Shown piece by piece: positions 26,597 through 42,501 of a stretch of DNA of 64,000 nt (position 1 is the stretch's first letter; each line of letters begins with the position of its first letter). Both the position numbers and the translations under genes were made by a program. Origin of the DNA: Octopus vulgaris (taxonomy: Eukaryota); assembly GCA_951406725.2 (NCBI GenBank), contig OX597837.1, positions 5,890,001 through 5,954,000 of the forward strand, in the 5' to 3' direction. The notes beneath the pieces were generated by a model. The model was not told the origin of the DNA and searched no databases. It worked only from the letters and a program-made list of their open reading frames with translations.

Positions 26597-27516
26597 ATGT
26601 ATTTATGTGTTTGCCTTTGTTTCTGTGTTTGATCGTTGCCACTGCTCGACAACCGGGTACTTCAAGATCTCGTCCCCGTAAATTAGAGTCCAAGAGAAAT
26701 AAGACAAAACTTTGAAAAAAAAAATGTACTGGGGACGAATCGTTCATCTACTATTTCTCTAGACAGACCCTTATAACACACATTGTGTCTCCAAGCAATA
26801 TTCAGGCTCTCAACACACCATCTGCTTGCGTGGAGACACAATCGTGTTATATAAACTCTTCTAGACACGTGTCCTCACAGCAAGAAACTATAAGTGACTC
26901 TTATCTTTAAATTGTGTACATTAAATTATAAATGTATATGCGTATATATGTGTATTTCTGGATGTTTCCTTAGAGCCTTACGACCGATATAGGTTCCTTT
27001 ACGTCCTGGTAACATAGGCAAATATTGAATAAGTCTAGATTTAAGAAATAACTGCTAGGTCGCTTTGTTCGACTAAACAATTTAAGGCGGTGCCTCAGTA
27101 AGGGCGTAATCCAATGACTAAAACAAGCGAAAGATAAAAGATAACAAATAAAACAGACATTTATTTCTACATTTCCATATATACAAAACCCGTGCATCCC
27201 GCATGCATATTTATATATTTTGCACAATGACCCCCAGGTGAATCCAGAAACCATCACACATTCACAGTTCAATCAATCGTTCTTTGAGTCTTTTGAAGGG
27301 AGTCCACTTTCTTCTCATTTATCATTTCACACTGACAATCACACCGTTCCCATAATTTTCGATATCGCCCTTAATAATGGTTCATAAGTTAGGATTTAGT
27401 ATCGCTCATTTCACATTCACACATACATACATATAAACACAGACACATCCATACTTAATATATATAACATATAATATACTTATATATATATACATACACA
27501 TATATTTATGTATGTG

Positions 27517-27645
<129 letters not shown>

Positions 27646-27928
27646 GTATATAGATACGCATACACACATACACACATATATATATGTTTTGTCGATGGAG
27701 TTAGTATGATATAGCCTTTTTGCATGTGAATAAATCCGATTAGGTTAAAAGGTCAAACATCTGACTCGATTTATCGCATGCAATGGCAGCATATATGATA
27801 TAAATAAATATTTTCCCCTCTCATTCATTCATCCATTACGCTTTTCATCCGTAATCTTTTATCCTGCGTTCCATTGATATTGATATATACATGCATATAT
27901 ACATACATATATACATATACATATATAC

Positions 27929-27986
<58 letters not shown>

Positions 27987-28104
27987 GAAACAACGTGTGT
28001 GTACGTACATATGATTAGATGTGTATATATATATGTATATATATATATATATGTATGTATATATATGTTTGCGATTGTGTGTATAAACAAATATATATAC
28101 ATAT

Positions 28105-28136
<32 letters not shown>

Positions 28137-28315
28137 TTATGTGTCTGTGGGTATATATATATGCTTATATGTATTTAATCCTATATGCTTATGCATAAAG
28201 CACACACATAGTATTTACATATTGTCCTCGTGTTCATCATCATCATCATCATCATGAATTCAACTTCATTGCGATAATCTCCGGCTTTTCCAACGAAAGC
28301 AGCGGCACGGTTTCT

Positions 28316-28320
28316 TCTTC

Positions 28321-28352
<32 letters not shown>

Positions 28353-28397
28353 CTTCTTCTTCTTCTTCTCCTTCTTCTTCTTCTTCTTCTGCTGCTC

Positions 28398-28428
<31 letters not shown>

Positions 28429-28620
28429 TTCTTCTTCTTCTTCTTCTTCCTATTCTTGTTGTTGTTGCTGTTGTTGTTGTTGTTCTTCTTCTTCTTCTTC
28501 TTCTTCTTTTTCTTCATCTTCTTTTTCTTCTTCTCCTCCTCCTCCTCCTCTTACTTCTTCTTGTTCTTCTTGTTCTTGTTCTTCTTGTTCTTCTTGTTCT
28601 TCTTCTTCTTCTTCTTCTTC
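28316..28620. repeat. (TTC)n-rich microsatellite
   Basis: Directly visible. Confidence 0.95.
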
Positions 28621-28625
28621 ACTTT

Positions 28626-28770
28626 TCTGAATTCAAGTTCCTCCAAGGTCGACTTTGCCTTCCATCCTTTCGGGGTCGAGAAAATAAGTACCAGTTACGC
28701 ACTGGGGTCGAGGAAATCGACTTACCCCTCCCTCAAAAATTTCAGGCCTCGTGCCTATAGTATAAAGGAT
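28626..28770 (+). mobile_element. SINE family C 3' part
   Basis: aggtcgactttgccttccatcctttcggggtcgagaaaataagtaccagttacgcactggggtcg. Confidence 0.8.
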
Positions 28771-29129
28771 CATCATCATCATCATCATCACTACTACTAC
28801 TAATGTTTATTATGGTGTTTTTCTTACCTTGTAGAAGGCCGCGATCTGTCAAACTCTTCAAAGCATTGAAAATATTTTCTTTATATTCATATTTCGAACT
28901 CTAACGCAATTGAATTTGCTTTCCGAATCTCCTGGTTAGATAAAATAAATACCAGCCAGGTGTTGCGGTGTTCGTAATCCCCAAAACCCCTTCCAACCAA
29001 AGTTCAAGTCTTGTGCCTATAGTTCATTTTTTTTTTTTTTTACTTTTTAATCAGAGCTTCATAATTTCTGAAGGAGGATCCGCCCCCTGAACTCCTTCTA
29101 CCCCTGTCTGTCTCTGGTAAGTTGTGGCT

Positions 29130-29450
29130 ATTCAGACTCCAGGTAATGGCTGAGATCATCTCAACCACTGGTTTTTGGTTGGAATCTTCCTCTTATCCAT
29201 TGTCTTGGGATTCATTCCATCACCCTAATTATCCGTTGTCCTTCGGCCGTGCGATGTGGCCAGCCCATCTGAATTTATTCTCCTGGATGGTTCTTATGAT
29301 GTTGTGGACCCTCGAGTGTTCTCTTATCCAGGCGTTAGTTCTCTTTTTCCGGAATGTGATGCCGAGTTTCCTTCATTCCATTTCTTGTTGGGATGCAATG
29401 AGGGCGTTCATGATGGTGGTGTTGAGAGCCCATGTTACACTGGCAGAATG
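29130..29450 (-). mobile_element. RTE-clade LINE C-terminal fragment
   Basis: Minus strand ASVTWALN...QQEME*RKLGITFRKKRTNAWIREHSRVHNIIRTIQENKFRWAGHIARPKDN; the RWAGHIAR motif is typical of RTE. Confidence 0.8.
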
Positions 29451-29978
29451 AACTCTGCTAATTTTCTATTAATTTTTATGGAAGCCCTGAAACTTCTCAC
29501 GAAGTTTCGTCCTTCACAAAGGCCGCCCAAAAGTGCCTGTTGTAGAAAGGCTTATTCTTATTCGATTTGGTTGCATTCCTGGTGGAATTTATGCCTATAT
29601 TGTGTTGCTGTCTGTAACCTTAGCATTTCACATGATTGTATCAAGCCATCAATTGCTCAAAACCCTTCAGATGTTTTTCCCTTTAGTAACAGGTCTACAG
29701 GACGTTCCCCTTCGTTCTCCTTTATCCATTTGTCTGTCTCATCACTCGCAGCCCCTAGTCTACCAATTATCGCATGCACATTTACTGATTTCGTGTTTAA
29801 AATCCTCGAAATTTCGAATCTTAAGGGATTCTATTCTTTTCAGCATTTCATATGCTTTCTTTGAAATCCTGAAATTAAATGGACATGATGAATCAGTTAG
29901 TAAGCAAATATATGTGAAATAGATTTTCCTTATCTATTATTTTAATAGCTGGCTTATAATATTCTATCTTCTCATCCT

Positions 29979-30365
29979 AGGCGCAGGAGTGGCTATGTGG
30001 TAAGTAGCTTGCTAACGAACCATATAGTTCCGAGTTCGTTCTCACTGCGTAGCACCTTGGGCATGTGTCTTCTACTATAGGCTCGGAGCGACCTTGTGAG
30101 TGGATTTAGTAAACGGAAACTGAAAGAAGCCTGTCGTATATATGTATATATATATATATTTATATATATATATGTATGAGTATGTATATGTTTGTGTGTC
30201 TTAGTTTGTCCCCACAACATCGCTTGACAACCAATGCTGGTGTGTTTACATCCCCGTGACTTAGCGGTTCGGCAAAAGAGACCGATAGAATAAGTACTAG
30301 GCTTACAAAGAATAAGTCCTGGGGTCGATTTGGTCGACTAAATGACTGAATCAGGTAAAAGAGTA
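29979..30365 (+). mobile_element. SINE family A copy
   Basis: Matches 26142-26550, with a short deletion near the tail. Confidence 0.9.
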
Positions 30366-30964
30366 TTCGTGCTGGAAAATCCCCACAAAAGCTTACATAT
30401 TTCCAGTTCGAATACCATTTCCAACGGCGCACTACATAAATACATAGTCAACAGCGTTCGATATTTTCTATCAAGAATTGGCATTTTGCCTTTTGTCTAA
30501 TCCTGTTTCAGCTCTATAACCGATAACCAGCACAGCTCCTCAATTAATCGCGTCAAATTTGTATTCAACATTGACTGCAATATTTCCCTTACACTCCTTG
30601 TATACATATAATTTATATCATCTCTTCGTGTTTTATTTCATCTGTCTTCAGCTATCTACAAATACTTATTTCACTGTCCTTTTTCCTACTAATTTCCTTG
30701 TTTGCCCATTTGGCATTTTCATTGCCTGTCTTCCATCACACGTATTCCTCGTTTCGTTATGAATAAAGCTCTCTTTTCAATCCTGAATTCTTTTCCTACA
30801 TCAGTTGATAAAATGCGAACGATATATAGTAAAGTTTCCACCTACTTCTCCCTTTGCCGATAATGCTTCATATCATCCATGAATAGGAGATGAATTATTT
30901 GACCATAACTTTTCCAAATCGCAATATATTTTGGCGTTCCAAAATAATAATAATAATAATAATA

Positions 30965-31022
<58 letters not shown>

Positions 31023-31036
31023 TAATAATAATAATA

Positions 31037-31167
<131 letters not shown>

Positions 31168-31180
31168 TAATAATAATAAT

Positions 31181-31581
31181 AAGACTAAAACAATACCTGT
31201 TGTCATAGGTGCCCTGGGAATGATAGCTGAGTAAAACAATACCTGTTGTCATAGGTGCCCTGGGAATGATAGCAAAGGGGCTGATTGCTACCTAACTCAG
31301 ATACCAGGAAACCCCAAAATGGCAGGAATTCAAAAGATAGTGATCATGGGAACTGCTCATATCATCCGCAAAATACTCTCTATGTAATCTCAAGGTTTAA
31401 AACAAACTTTTTTTAAAAAATTTATTTATTAGACATTCACTAGTACAACACCAAAAAAACCTCCCAAATATATGGCACACTAGGCATAACAACAACGTGA
31501 ACTTCCAACCTGTTGTCTCTTGAGGTTTCTGGGTGAGACTTGGAGCCAACTTGTACAAACATAAAGCAAAAGTCAAACATA

Positions 31582-31583
<2 letters not shown>
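31181..31583 (+). mobile_element. R4/Dong-like LINE 3' end in (TAA)n, tandem copy 1
   Basis: KTKTIPVVIGALGMIA...LTQIPGNPKMAGIQKIVIMGTAHIIRKILSM* then 3' UTR and TAA tail. Confidence 0.85.
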
Positions 31584-31641
<58 letters not shown>

Positions 31642-31657
31642 TAATAATAAGAATAAT

Positions 31658-32070
31658 AAGACTAAAACAATACCTGTTGTCATAGGTGCCCTGGGAATGA
31701 TAGCTGACTAAAGCAATACCTGTTGTCTTAGGTGCCCTGGGAATGATAGCAAAATGGGCTGATTACTACTTTACTCAGATACCAGGAAACCCCAAAATGG
31801 CAGGAATTCAAAAGATAGTGCTCATGGGAACTGCTCATATCCTACGCAACTACTTTCTATGTAATCTCAAGCTTTAAAACAAACATAATTTTCAGTTTTT
31901 GTTTTTAGACATTCACTAGTACAACACTAAATACAAAACCAAATATATGGCACACTAGGCATAACAACAATACGAAATTCCAACCTGTTGTCTCTTGAGG
32001 TCTCTGGGTGAGACTTGGAGCCAACTTGTACAAATATAAGGCAAAAGTCAAACAGAATAATAATAATAAC
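31658..32070 (+). mobile_element. R4/Dong-like LINE 3' end in (TAA)n, tandem copy 2
   Basis: Same start and same internal duplication as 31181-31583. Confidence 0.85.
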
Positions 32071-32228
32071 GATTTCAAATTTTTGCCAGAATGACAGACT
32101 TTGTGGTAGGGAATGAGTCGGTTAAATCGACCAGAGTTTTCAAATGGTACTTTATTTATCGAGCACGAAAGGATGAATGTCTAGGTCGACTTCGACAGAA
32201 TTTGAACTCACAACGTGAAGACGGCGTT
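32070..32228 (-). mobile_element. SINE family C, diverged
   Basis: tggtactttatttatcga..gaaaggatgaa..ggtcgacttcgacagaatttgaactca. Confidence 0.65.
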
Positions 32229-32523
32229 CAAACAATTTCATTATTATTGTTATTAATGTTATCATTTGTATTATGATCGTCACGTTGTATCCTCCACCTC
32301 CTCCTCATCATCATCAATCTAAGCTGCGACACTTCAGTCGCAACCCCGAGTCTCGCGATACAGATTGCTCAAACGACTGATGTTCTGATAGAACATCAAA
32401 GGATATACTACAAACCTACAAGAAAATCAAAAAAAGAAGAAACAAAATTACTAACATATTGCAAAATAATTCATTATTTTAATTGATTGGGAAATATATA
32501 GATTACATACATAGATATATGTG

Positions 32524-32592
<69 letters not shown>

Positions 32593-32837
32593 TCTATATA
32601 TATATATATATTGTACTCCTCCTGCCTTCGTCTTTTGTTTATTTTCGTAAATCTTCCCGTTATATATCTATATACATATACATATATCTACATATACGTA
32701 TATATATATATGAATATAGATTAATATAAACGTATATATATATATACATACATATCTATGTACGTATATATATATATTTGTACATACATATGTATATGCA
32801 TACTTACACACATATATATATATGTGTGTATGTATGC

Positions 32838-32880
<43 letters not shown>

Positions 32881-32958
32881 CACGTTGCTCTCATGTAAGA
32901 CGTTTGTCAACAGAATCAATACTGCTATTCAAGACAGAAAGACTTTTGATAAAATATA

Positions 32959-33024
<66 letters not shown>

Positions 33025-33232
33025 TGCATTGCACATCTACACATGTATATGTGTATATTTATTGTGTGTGTGTATGTGTCTATTTATATATATGTATATA
33101 TATACATATTTATACATAGCTGCATATGCGGGTATGCGTGGCCAAATGATAAGGGTGTTAAATCAAGGTCGCACGTCTGTATATCTACGTATCTACCTGT
33201 GTATATATTATATATATATATGCATTATTGTA

Positions 33233-33294
<62 letters not shown>

Positions 33295-33713
33295 TATACT
33301 ATATATATGTGTGTGTGCTTGTGTGTGTGTATACATGTATGTATATCTTTTGTTGTCTTCATTGGTGTACCGAATGAATAATAGCAGTGATATTATAGCA
33401 CCAACATTAGATTTGATCACATTTTTCGCATAGCTATTGAAGGAAAAAAGAAAACAAACAAGAATTATAAAGGAAGAAGAGCGTGGCCGAAAGTGAAAGA
33501 GAGAAAGAGAGAATGAGAGAGTAAGAAAGAGAGAGAGAGAGAGAAGTGGTAAAATTTCAGAAGGGAATGAAAGGGAAAAAGTAAGATGTGTGAAAGGGAA
33601 TGAAAGAGAGATGTAGAGAAAGAAGGACAGGAGGGGAAATAATTAAAGTGATACGCGTATATATGCGCGCGTGCGTATTTCAGTGTATGTATAAGTATAT
33701 ATATGTATATGTG

Positions 33714-33819
<106 letters not shown>

Positions 33820-33821
33820 TA

Positions 33822-34116
33822 TCACCGTGATCACCGTGACCGACTAGGCTATCAGATGTTGCAACACATCGCTGGTCACAATGCGCTTCGCATTGTTTTA
33901 GCCTTCAAATAACGCCACTCCGCTGGCTAAGCGAGCAGGCCGACAGAAGAATGAATGAGTGAAAGTTGTAGCGAAAAGTACAGCAGGGATCGCCACCACC
34001 CCCTGCCGGAGCCTCGTGGAACTTTAGGTGTTTTCCGTCAATAAACATTCACAACGCCCGGTCTGGAATTCAAATCCGCGATCCTACAACTGTGAGTCCG
34101 CTGTCCTAATCACTGG
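33822..34116 (-). mobile_element. SINE family B copy
   Basis: High similarity to 24060-24370. Confidence 0.9.
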
Positions 34117-34118
34117 AC

Positions 34119-34175
<57 letters not shown>

Positions 34176-34256
34176 ATATATACATATATACTCATACGTA
34201 TTCGCCCATATTCGCACATACTTTTATCACTGTCAACGTACATGTATAAGTATGTA

Positions 34257-34305
<49 letters not shown>

Positions 34306-34339
34306 AAAGGCAAAGGGGCCAATACAGCTTGGTAGCTGT

Positions 34340-34489
34340 CACGTCGCACCTCATTTCTAAAGCTGAGTGAACTGGAGCAACGTGAAATGAAGTGTCTTGC
34401 TCAAGAACACAATACTCAGCCTGGTCTGTGATTCGAACTCACAACCACACGATTGTAAGCTCGACGCTCTAACCACTGAGACAAGCGCC

Positions 34490-34490
<1 letters not shown>
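34340..34490 (-). mobile_element. SINE family D 5' part (tRNA head + Nin/Deu-like domain)
   Basis: agctgagtgaactggagcaacg..gtgtcttgctcaag..ttcgaactc..ctaaccactgag; similar to 57860-58168. Confidence 0.75.
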
Positions 34491-34544
<54 letters not shown>

Positions 34545-34557
34545 AACACACACACAG

Positions 34558-34598
<41 letters not shown>

Positions 34599-34675
34599 GA
34601 GAGATAAACAGATAGATATAGATAGACATAGATAGATAAATAGATGGATAGATAGATAGATAGATAGATAGATAT

Positions 34676-34761
<86 letters not shown>

Positions 34762-35339
34762 GCACAAAGGTAAAGTATGAGTGGAAAAATAGCAGAGGAG
34801 CGGAGGTAGAAAGAGACGATTATTTATGAAAAAGCAGGAAAATCAAGAAAGAGCAAGCCGAAGACGACATTGTTTGCCAGGTTCAAAACGTTATGTACGT
34901 TATATTATAATTAAAAGTAAGAGGCAATGTTTGCGAGGGGAAAACTGCTGTTATCGAGGGAGTAGTGATTGAGAAAGTGAAAGTAATGTTTAGTAACGTG
35001 TGTTAGAATCTATTCTACAAACGGGACGGAGCACGAAAGGGAATTCAATATGGCTGCCATTTAGCTGTTTCTACCAGTAAAGCGTTCAATAAATCAATAT
35101 TAGGACCCAATAAGGTCAACGTAAATACGCCACAAATATCCCTTTAGTTTTTCCGTTCAAACAGCCACTCACCCCCCACACACAAACACAGAAACACAAC
35201 ACGCACACAGGCACACGCACACATACACGCACACGCATGCGTGCAGACACACACACGCGCGCATACACGCACACATATACACATACACACGCACACTCCC
35301 TCACATACAGGCATATCGAAAAATACATAATACACTTAC

Positions 35340-35372
<33 letters not shown>

Positions 35373-36003
35373 ATATGGATATATATATATACATATATAA
35401 AATACATATATGTACACACACATATATATATATGTATATGTATACATATATATTTGAATGTACATATTCATATATATACTATAAATATATATATTTATAC
35501 ATGTATATATGCATGTGTATATATATATGGATAATATATATACATATATGCACATATATATGTATATATATATATACACACATATATATATATATACATA
35601 TATATATGTACATATTGCATACAGACACATACATATGCATACATACATACATACATACATACAGAGATGCTATACATAAATAAGAATACGTGAACCCGAA
35701 TAAATACAGTAGTATACACATACACAAAAACTCATAGATACACATATACACACACACAACATCACTCTGTCATGCACACAAACATTCATTCGCTTATTTC
35801 TTATTTCTCTCTCTCTCCCATTCACTCGCTTTCTGCCTCACTCTCTCTCCTTTTACTCACTTCTTTTCTCACTCACTTTTCCTTACACTCTCTCTCTCTG
35901 TCATCTTGTAATTTTCACTTTTTGTTTTTCTAACAATATATCTACCAATACCTATAGCTCACAGTTGGTACTTACTTACCTACCTACCTACCTACCTACC
36001 TAC

Positions 36004-36074
<71 letters not shown>

Positions 36075-36111
36075 ATCTGTCTATCTATCTGTCTATCTAT
36101 ATATCTATCTG

Positions 36112-36158
<47 letters not shown>

Positions 36159-36159
36159 G

Positions 36160-36228
<69 letters not shown>

Positions 36229-36468
36229 ATTTCTGTTCATTCGTCCGTCCGTCTGCCTGCTTCTCTGTCTGTCTGTCTGTCCGTCTATCAATGAGTCTCA
36301 ATATTTCATCTATTATTGTTTTTCTGCCCTTGTACATCGTTGTTTTGTATCTTTTACACATTTTCACCTGCATTTATATGTATATGTGGAACATGTACAC
36401 ACACAGAGACGCACGCACGCACACCCACACACATATATATATACATGTATATACTATATATATATATG

Positions 36469-36522
<54 letters not shown>

Positions 36523-36614
36523 TGTGTGTGTGAAGAAAGAGTGTTTACATGTATGTACCTAAGTCTATATGCATCTATCAGTCTATTTGTATATCTATCT
36601 ATCTACCTATCTAG

Positions 36615-36665
<51 letters not shown>

Positions 36666-36753
36666 CATATATGTGTGCGTGCATATATAAATATATATGT
36701 ATATATGTATGTATATATATATATATATATACATATATATGTATGTGTATATA

Positions 36754-36786
<33 letters not shown>

Positions 36787-37646
36787 ATACACACACACAC
36801 ACACACATGAAGACATCAGACCATTCGATAAACATCTCAGCGCAAATTTCTAATGTCTACCTCTAACTTACACGCAGGAACCATTCTGAAATCTAAATCA
36901 CCTTCTCTCTTTTCATAAACTCCCGCCCTCCATTCCTCTTTTCCTTCCCTCTTCACCAAAACTTACCTCCCACCAAAACTCTCTCTCTCTCCCTACGACG
37001 CTTAGTATCTCTCTATATATCTCTTTTGCTTTCACTTTCACTTCTTCACTATCAACCTTTTCCTTTGTCTATGCTTCTCGTTCGCTCATTTAGCCATTTC
37101 TTACATCAGGTGTTCTCTGTGTCTTTCGTTAAACTGTCTTCCAATCCCCGACCCCTCTTCTGCACGAATCATAAACGCTTTCTCACAAAATGCATGGACC
37201 CACTGATTAAATTAATGTCCATATTTCAAGTGATTTATTATATAAACACACACACTAACTGACATTTGCCTGCAACATATGTATGTGCTTATATATATAT
37301 GTGGGAATGTGCATACGTATCTATGTATATATACACACTCATATATGTGTGTGAGTATAATTGCATGGGCGCATATATTTACAAATTTGCTTTCTTCCAT
37401 TCTTTAACCGTTATATCTTTCTTTATATACATAGAATGATATATATGTATATAAGTGTGTGTGTGTGTGTGTGCGTGTGTGTGTGTGTGTGTGTATTGAT
37501 ATTTACATCAACCTACGCTCATATATCTATATACTATATGTGTGTGTGAGCATATGTTTGTGTAGAACTGTGCTTGCCCAATTTTGCATGCATATATTTA
37601 TATATATGTATATATGTACATATATATATATATATATATATATACT

Positions 37647-37678
<32 letters not shown>

Positions 37679-38436
37679 AATATCCATATACATATATACA
37701 TACATACATATATGTGTATGTGAGTGTGTGTGTATTCATACATAGTGACATTCATACATACAAATATACATCCATACGTCCATCCATCCATCCGTCCCTC
37801 CAGCCATCCGTCCAGTCATCCATCCATCCGTCCCTCCAGCCATCCGTCCAGTCATCCATCCTTCCATGCATTCATCCATACATCCATACCTACATATATA
37901 CATATATACATACATACATACATACATACATACATACATACATACATACATACATACATACATACATTCATACATACATACATGCATACGTACACACACG
38001 CACACACCCTTTCCCTGACGCCCTGATATCCATCTGTATATATTCACATTTAGACCAATTGTGAAACTTGTGTGCTCGGCCTTGCTATTTTGTGCTTTCC
38101 AGATCATTTATTTAGCTAGAGTTTCATCTAACGGAATTTCCCTTATCAACAGCCCATCTCATGCCTTTAATTATACAGTAATTCTGCTGAGCTTCACTAA
38201 GCAGTGAACATTAGCCTAATGTGGAAGCGCTTACTGTCCTCTCCCGCTCTGTGTCTGTCTTTTTGTGTTGTTCTTGCTCGCCTCTTTATCTTCCTTTCTC
38301 TCTATAATACACACACACACAATCACTTATATACATATATAGATATATACGTACTTATATAATATATATATATATATATAAATATACATATATCCACGCA
38401 CACATATATACATGTGCATATATACGTGTATACAAG

Positions 38437-38472
<36 letters not shown>

Positions 38473-39161
38473 TATATAGTTACATATATATATATATATA
38501 TTATATATATATATGATATATATATAAATATTATATATACATATATATATATACATATATGTATGCATATATACATATATAGCTACATATATATATATAT
38601 ATGTATGTATGCATGTATGTATGTAGCTACGTAGGTAGGTATGTATGTGTATATATATGTATACATAGCTATAGGTATTTATATATATGTATGTGCGTGT
38701 GTGTGTTATATGTGACGCGTGGTGGTGTATATACGTGTGTGCCTGTGTTTATGCGTATAGAATTCCGTTTATTTCTATCTCTCTTTCTGTTAGCAATCTA
38801 TGGTCGAATGCGTAGAGAATGCACATTCAGTTTTATGGTATTGCCATATTAAAGAGAGAGAGAACGAAGGCATTTAAGTATGTGTAAGGCGTGCGTGTGA
38901 GGAAGAGGCGGCAAACGAAAGAGAAAGCTTAGGACATGGAGGTTTGGAAGTAGAGATGAAACGAGCGAAAATGGAACCCATAATTAGATATTTAAGGAAG
39001 AAACAGATAGATAATCGCATTATATTAACACCCACATATACACATACGCATGCACACACACACAAACACACACACACACACACTCATATTTCAATCACAA
39101 TCATTCATGTATATATATATTTACATGCATATGTATATGTATATATATATGTGTGTGTGTG

Positions 39162-39204
<43 letters not shown>

Positions 39205-39206
39205 TT

Positions 39207-39238
<32 letters not shown>

Positions 39239-39258
39239 GTACATAAATATATATATAT

Positions 39259-39337
<79 letters not shown>

Positions 39338-39416
39338 TAGATAGATAGATAGATAGATAGATAAATAAATATGTGTATATATGTATAATATATATACATA
39401 TACATAAATACACACT

Positions 39417-39450
<34 letters not shown>

Positions 39451-39833
39451 CAGCAGTAGAGAGAATGAGAGAGAGAGGGGGGCAGAGTGAGGACGAGTGA
39501 AATTTGTGTGAGTGGATGAGAAAGGCGAGAGATAAAGAGTGAAATTTTATGAATTAAGAAGTTGTCGCGTGCGGCATTCCGTATACACTCTGTCGACGTT
39601 ATAAATTGAGTGTAGGTGGTTTTTGCTGCGTATGTGCATGCGTATGAATGCATATGTGTGAGTGTGTGTGTGTCTCTGTGTGTGTGTGCGTGTGTGCATG
39701 TGTATCTGTGTGTATATGTGCGTGCGAGCATGCTGATAGGGGAATTATTAACGCATGCTATTAAAATCCTTGGAGGTTTTGCCATGCCAGTATGGCCGCT
39801 GTCCAAGACTTGTTAAAAACAAAAGATTAAGAG

Positions 39834-39889
<56 letters not shown>

Positions 39890-40160
39890 TATATATGTAT
39901 CTATATATATACATACATATATAAAGAGAGAGAGAGAGCGAGAGGGGTGAGGAAAAGTGCGTATGTATATATATATATATATATATTTATATGCATGCAT
40001 TTACTAATGTATATAATATTTTTAGGGTCGTTTTGTATAGGTCTCTTGGCGAGTCAATGCACGACACCCTATTCGATTTATTATTTTACTTACCATCAAA
40101 GCAGAAGAACAGAATTGCACCCCTGAACATTTGGGGGTCCTCTGACAACTGTCCATACTC

Positions 40161-40196
<36 letters not shown>

Positions 40197-41216
40197 CACA
40201 CATACATATTATACCATACATTTATAAATGTATGTATGTACATGTGTATATGTGTTTCTGTTCGTGTGTGCCCATATATTTACATATATGTGTGCGTATA
40301 CATATAGCTTTATAGTAAACTAGTTCACACCTATTTGATGCTGTGACATCTCGTCATGTCAGAGTATTAATTTCATTGATTAATTTAGATTGGGTACAAT
40401 CTGCCGTATGTTTCAATCTGTCAGCATTTGCTGTTGATGCTACACAAAAAAAAACAAAAAAAAAGCAAATACGTACTCGATACACAACACTTTTACTGTT
40501 CTTTCGACAGTATAACAATTTTCCCTTTTGTTCACTTTAACCGAAGGTTAATGAATTTATCATCGTCTAAATTACAAGTTACAAATTCAGGTTTAAATTC
40601 ATTTCGAAGCGCATCGTAATTCGAAATTTCATATATATGGAATTCATCTTCAATCTTGATAGATATTATATATAAAAAGAACTAAACTAAGAAAAGTGTT
40701 TCTTAAAATGTATCACCTTTTAATAAATTAGAATAATTTCAATATCTTTTTCACTATTGAAATCTGAGCTTAATCTCTACGGCATGCCTTAATCCCCTCC
40801 TCTTCCGCATTTTTTATCTGATATTTTTTCCTTTACCTTTCAAATTCCTTAATGTTAAATAAGAAAACGCCTCAGTTACTCCCTTTTCCTTTTACTCTGT
40901 GCAGATTATATTACTCGAAAAGCACAAGTTGATTCACTCAGTGAGATTTCAAATTAAAAAGGAATCAAAATTTCTTTAATTAAGAGTTCATTCTATATTT
41001 ATGCTTTTTTATTCTTCTATTCCTACACACGAATACTCTTCTATTTAACCAAAATTTGATTTATTAAACCAATTCCTTTTTTTTTTTTTTATTCAATTTA
41101 ACTCTTTCTTGCATTTTAATATCATTTAATTTCATGACGTTTTACATATTCATTTTATTTTTCTCAACCTTCATAATTTTTCTACAAATCATTGTCGAAA
41201 CACTGGTAATTCCAAA

Positions 41217-41369
41217 TTGTATCTATGTGGTAAGAAGCTTGATTCTCAACCCTATAGTTTCGGGTTCAGTCCCGCTTCATGGTACCTTGGGCAAGTATTA
41301 TTTACCGTAGTCTCAGACCCATCTAAGCTTTACGAGTGGATTTGGCAGACGGAAACTGAAAGAAGCCCG

Positions 41370-41370
<1 letters not shown>
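41217..41370 (+). mobile_element. SINE family A 5' part
   Basis: gtggtaagaagctt..gggttcagtccc..accttgggcaagt..gagtggatttggcagacggaaactgaaagaagccc. Confidence 0.8.
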
Positions 41371-41432
<62 letters not shown>

Positions 41433-41433
41433 C

Positions 41434-41697
41434 AAATTAGAGATAAAACCACTATTAGGCAAATCAAACAGTGAAAAACATAAACCAAAACATAGAAATC
41501 AAATTAATTAATATAATATACAAAATATATAAAATATATTAATTAATTTTATTTCTATGTTTTGGTTTATGTTTTTCACTGTTTGATTTGCCTAACAGTG
41601 GTTTTATCTCTAATTTAAAATATATATATCTATACTGTAAAATTAGATTTAATCCTAAATCTAATTTTTCCCTGTAAGTTTGGATTTACTCCCTAAT

Positions 41698-41700
<3 letters not shown>
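41434..41700 (+). repeat. Fold-back island in (TA)n, about 80-bp arms plus tail
   Basis: aaattagagataaaaccactattaggcaaatcaaacagtg... / ...cactgtttgatttgcctaacagtggttttatctctaattt (41434-41514 / 41535-41616). Confidence 0.8.
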
Positions 41701-41745
<45 letters not shown>

Positions 41746-41887
41746 GTGTGTGAGTGTGTGTGTGTGTGCGTGTGTGTGTGTGCGCCGTTGTGTCTGTTTG
41801 TCCTCCAACACCGTTAGACAATTGTTGTTGATGTGCTTTTTGTAGTGCATTCCTGTTAACTGATTATTATTATTATTATTATTATTA

Positions 41888-41940
<53 letters not shown>

Positions 41941-42415
41941 GAGTGAGAGAGCAGTTCATGCCATCAAAGTGACACTGGGTAAAATATACGAAGCCCAGTA
42001 TACCCATCATGACTACCCGTCTGATAAGGGTACACCAGGCACATGCCTCACAACCATATGTACGCAACATGGGGATCTCATGACATGATAAACAGCACAT
42101 GACCTTGCAGGTGGGGCCCAGTTAGAATTTTCTTCTGGTCGAGTAACCCATTCTGCTCAAAAGGTCCCTGAATAAGGGTTGTTTAAGGATGTTGAAAGAA
42201 CCACCCATGTTTCAAGAGGTGATTTATTCAAACCCCAAAGAATCCCTCTCAACATATGGCTATGATGCTCCCCCACTACTTCTGCTCGTGATCAGAGATG
42301 CACATTTCTTCAGCCACTAAGGGACATGCTCAACTGGTTAAGGTCAAGCAACTGACATGCAAATCTGTGGTATTGAGCAGAATATTCGATGTAGCCCATC
42401 TTTTATACCAAGACA

Positions 42416-42416
<1 letters not shown>
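41941..42416 (-). mobile_element. Second, truncated copy of the (TAA)n-inserted non-coding repeat
   Basis: Reverse complement of about 7859-8323; flanked by (TTA)n. Confidence 0.8.

Positions 42417-42497
<81 letters not shown>

Positions 42498-42501
<4 letters not shown>

Noticed and set aside
29256-29922. 202-aa and 129-aa plus-strand ORFs
   Set aside because: Partly antisense to the RTE fragment; the remainder is unrecognisable
37770-37870. 36-bp tandem repeat giving [14 protein letters not shown]
   Set aside because: Minisatellite derived from (CATC)n; not coding
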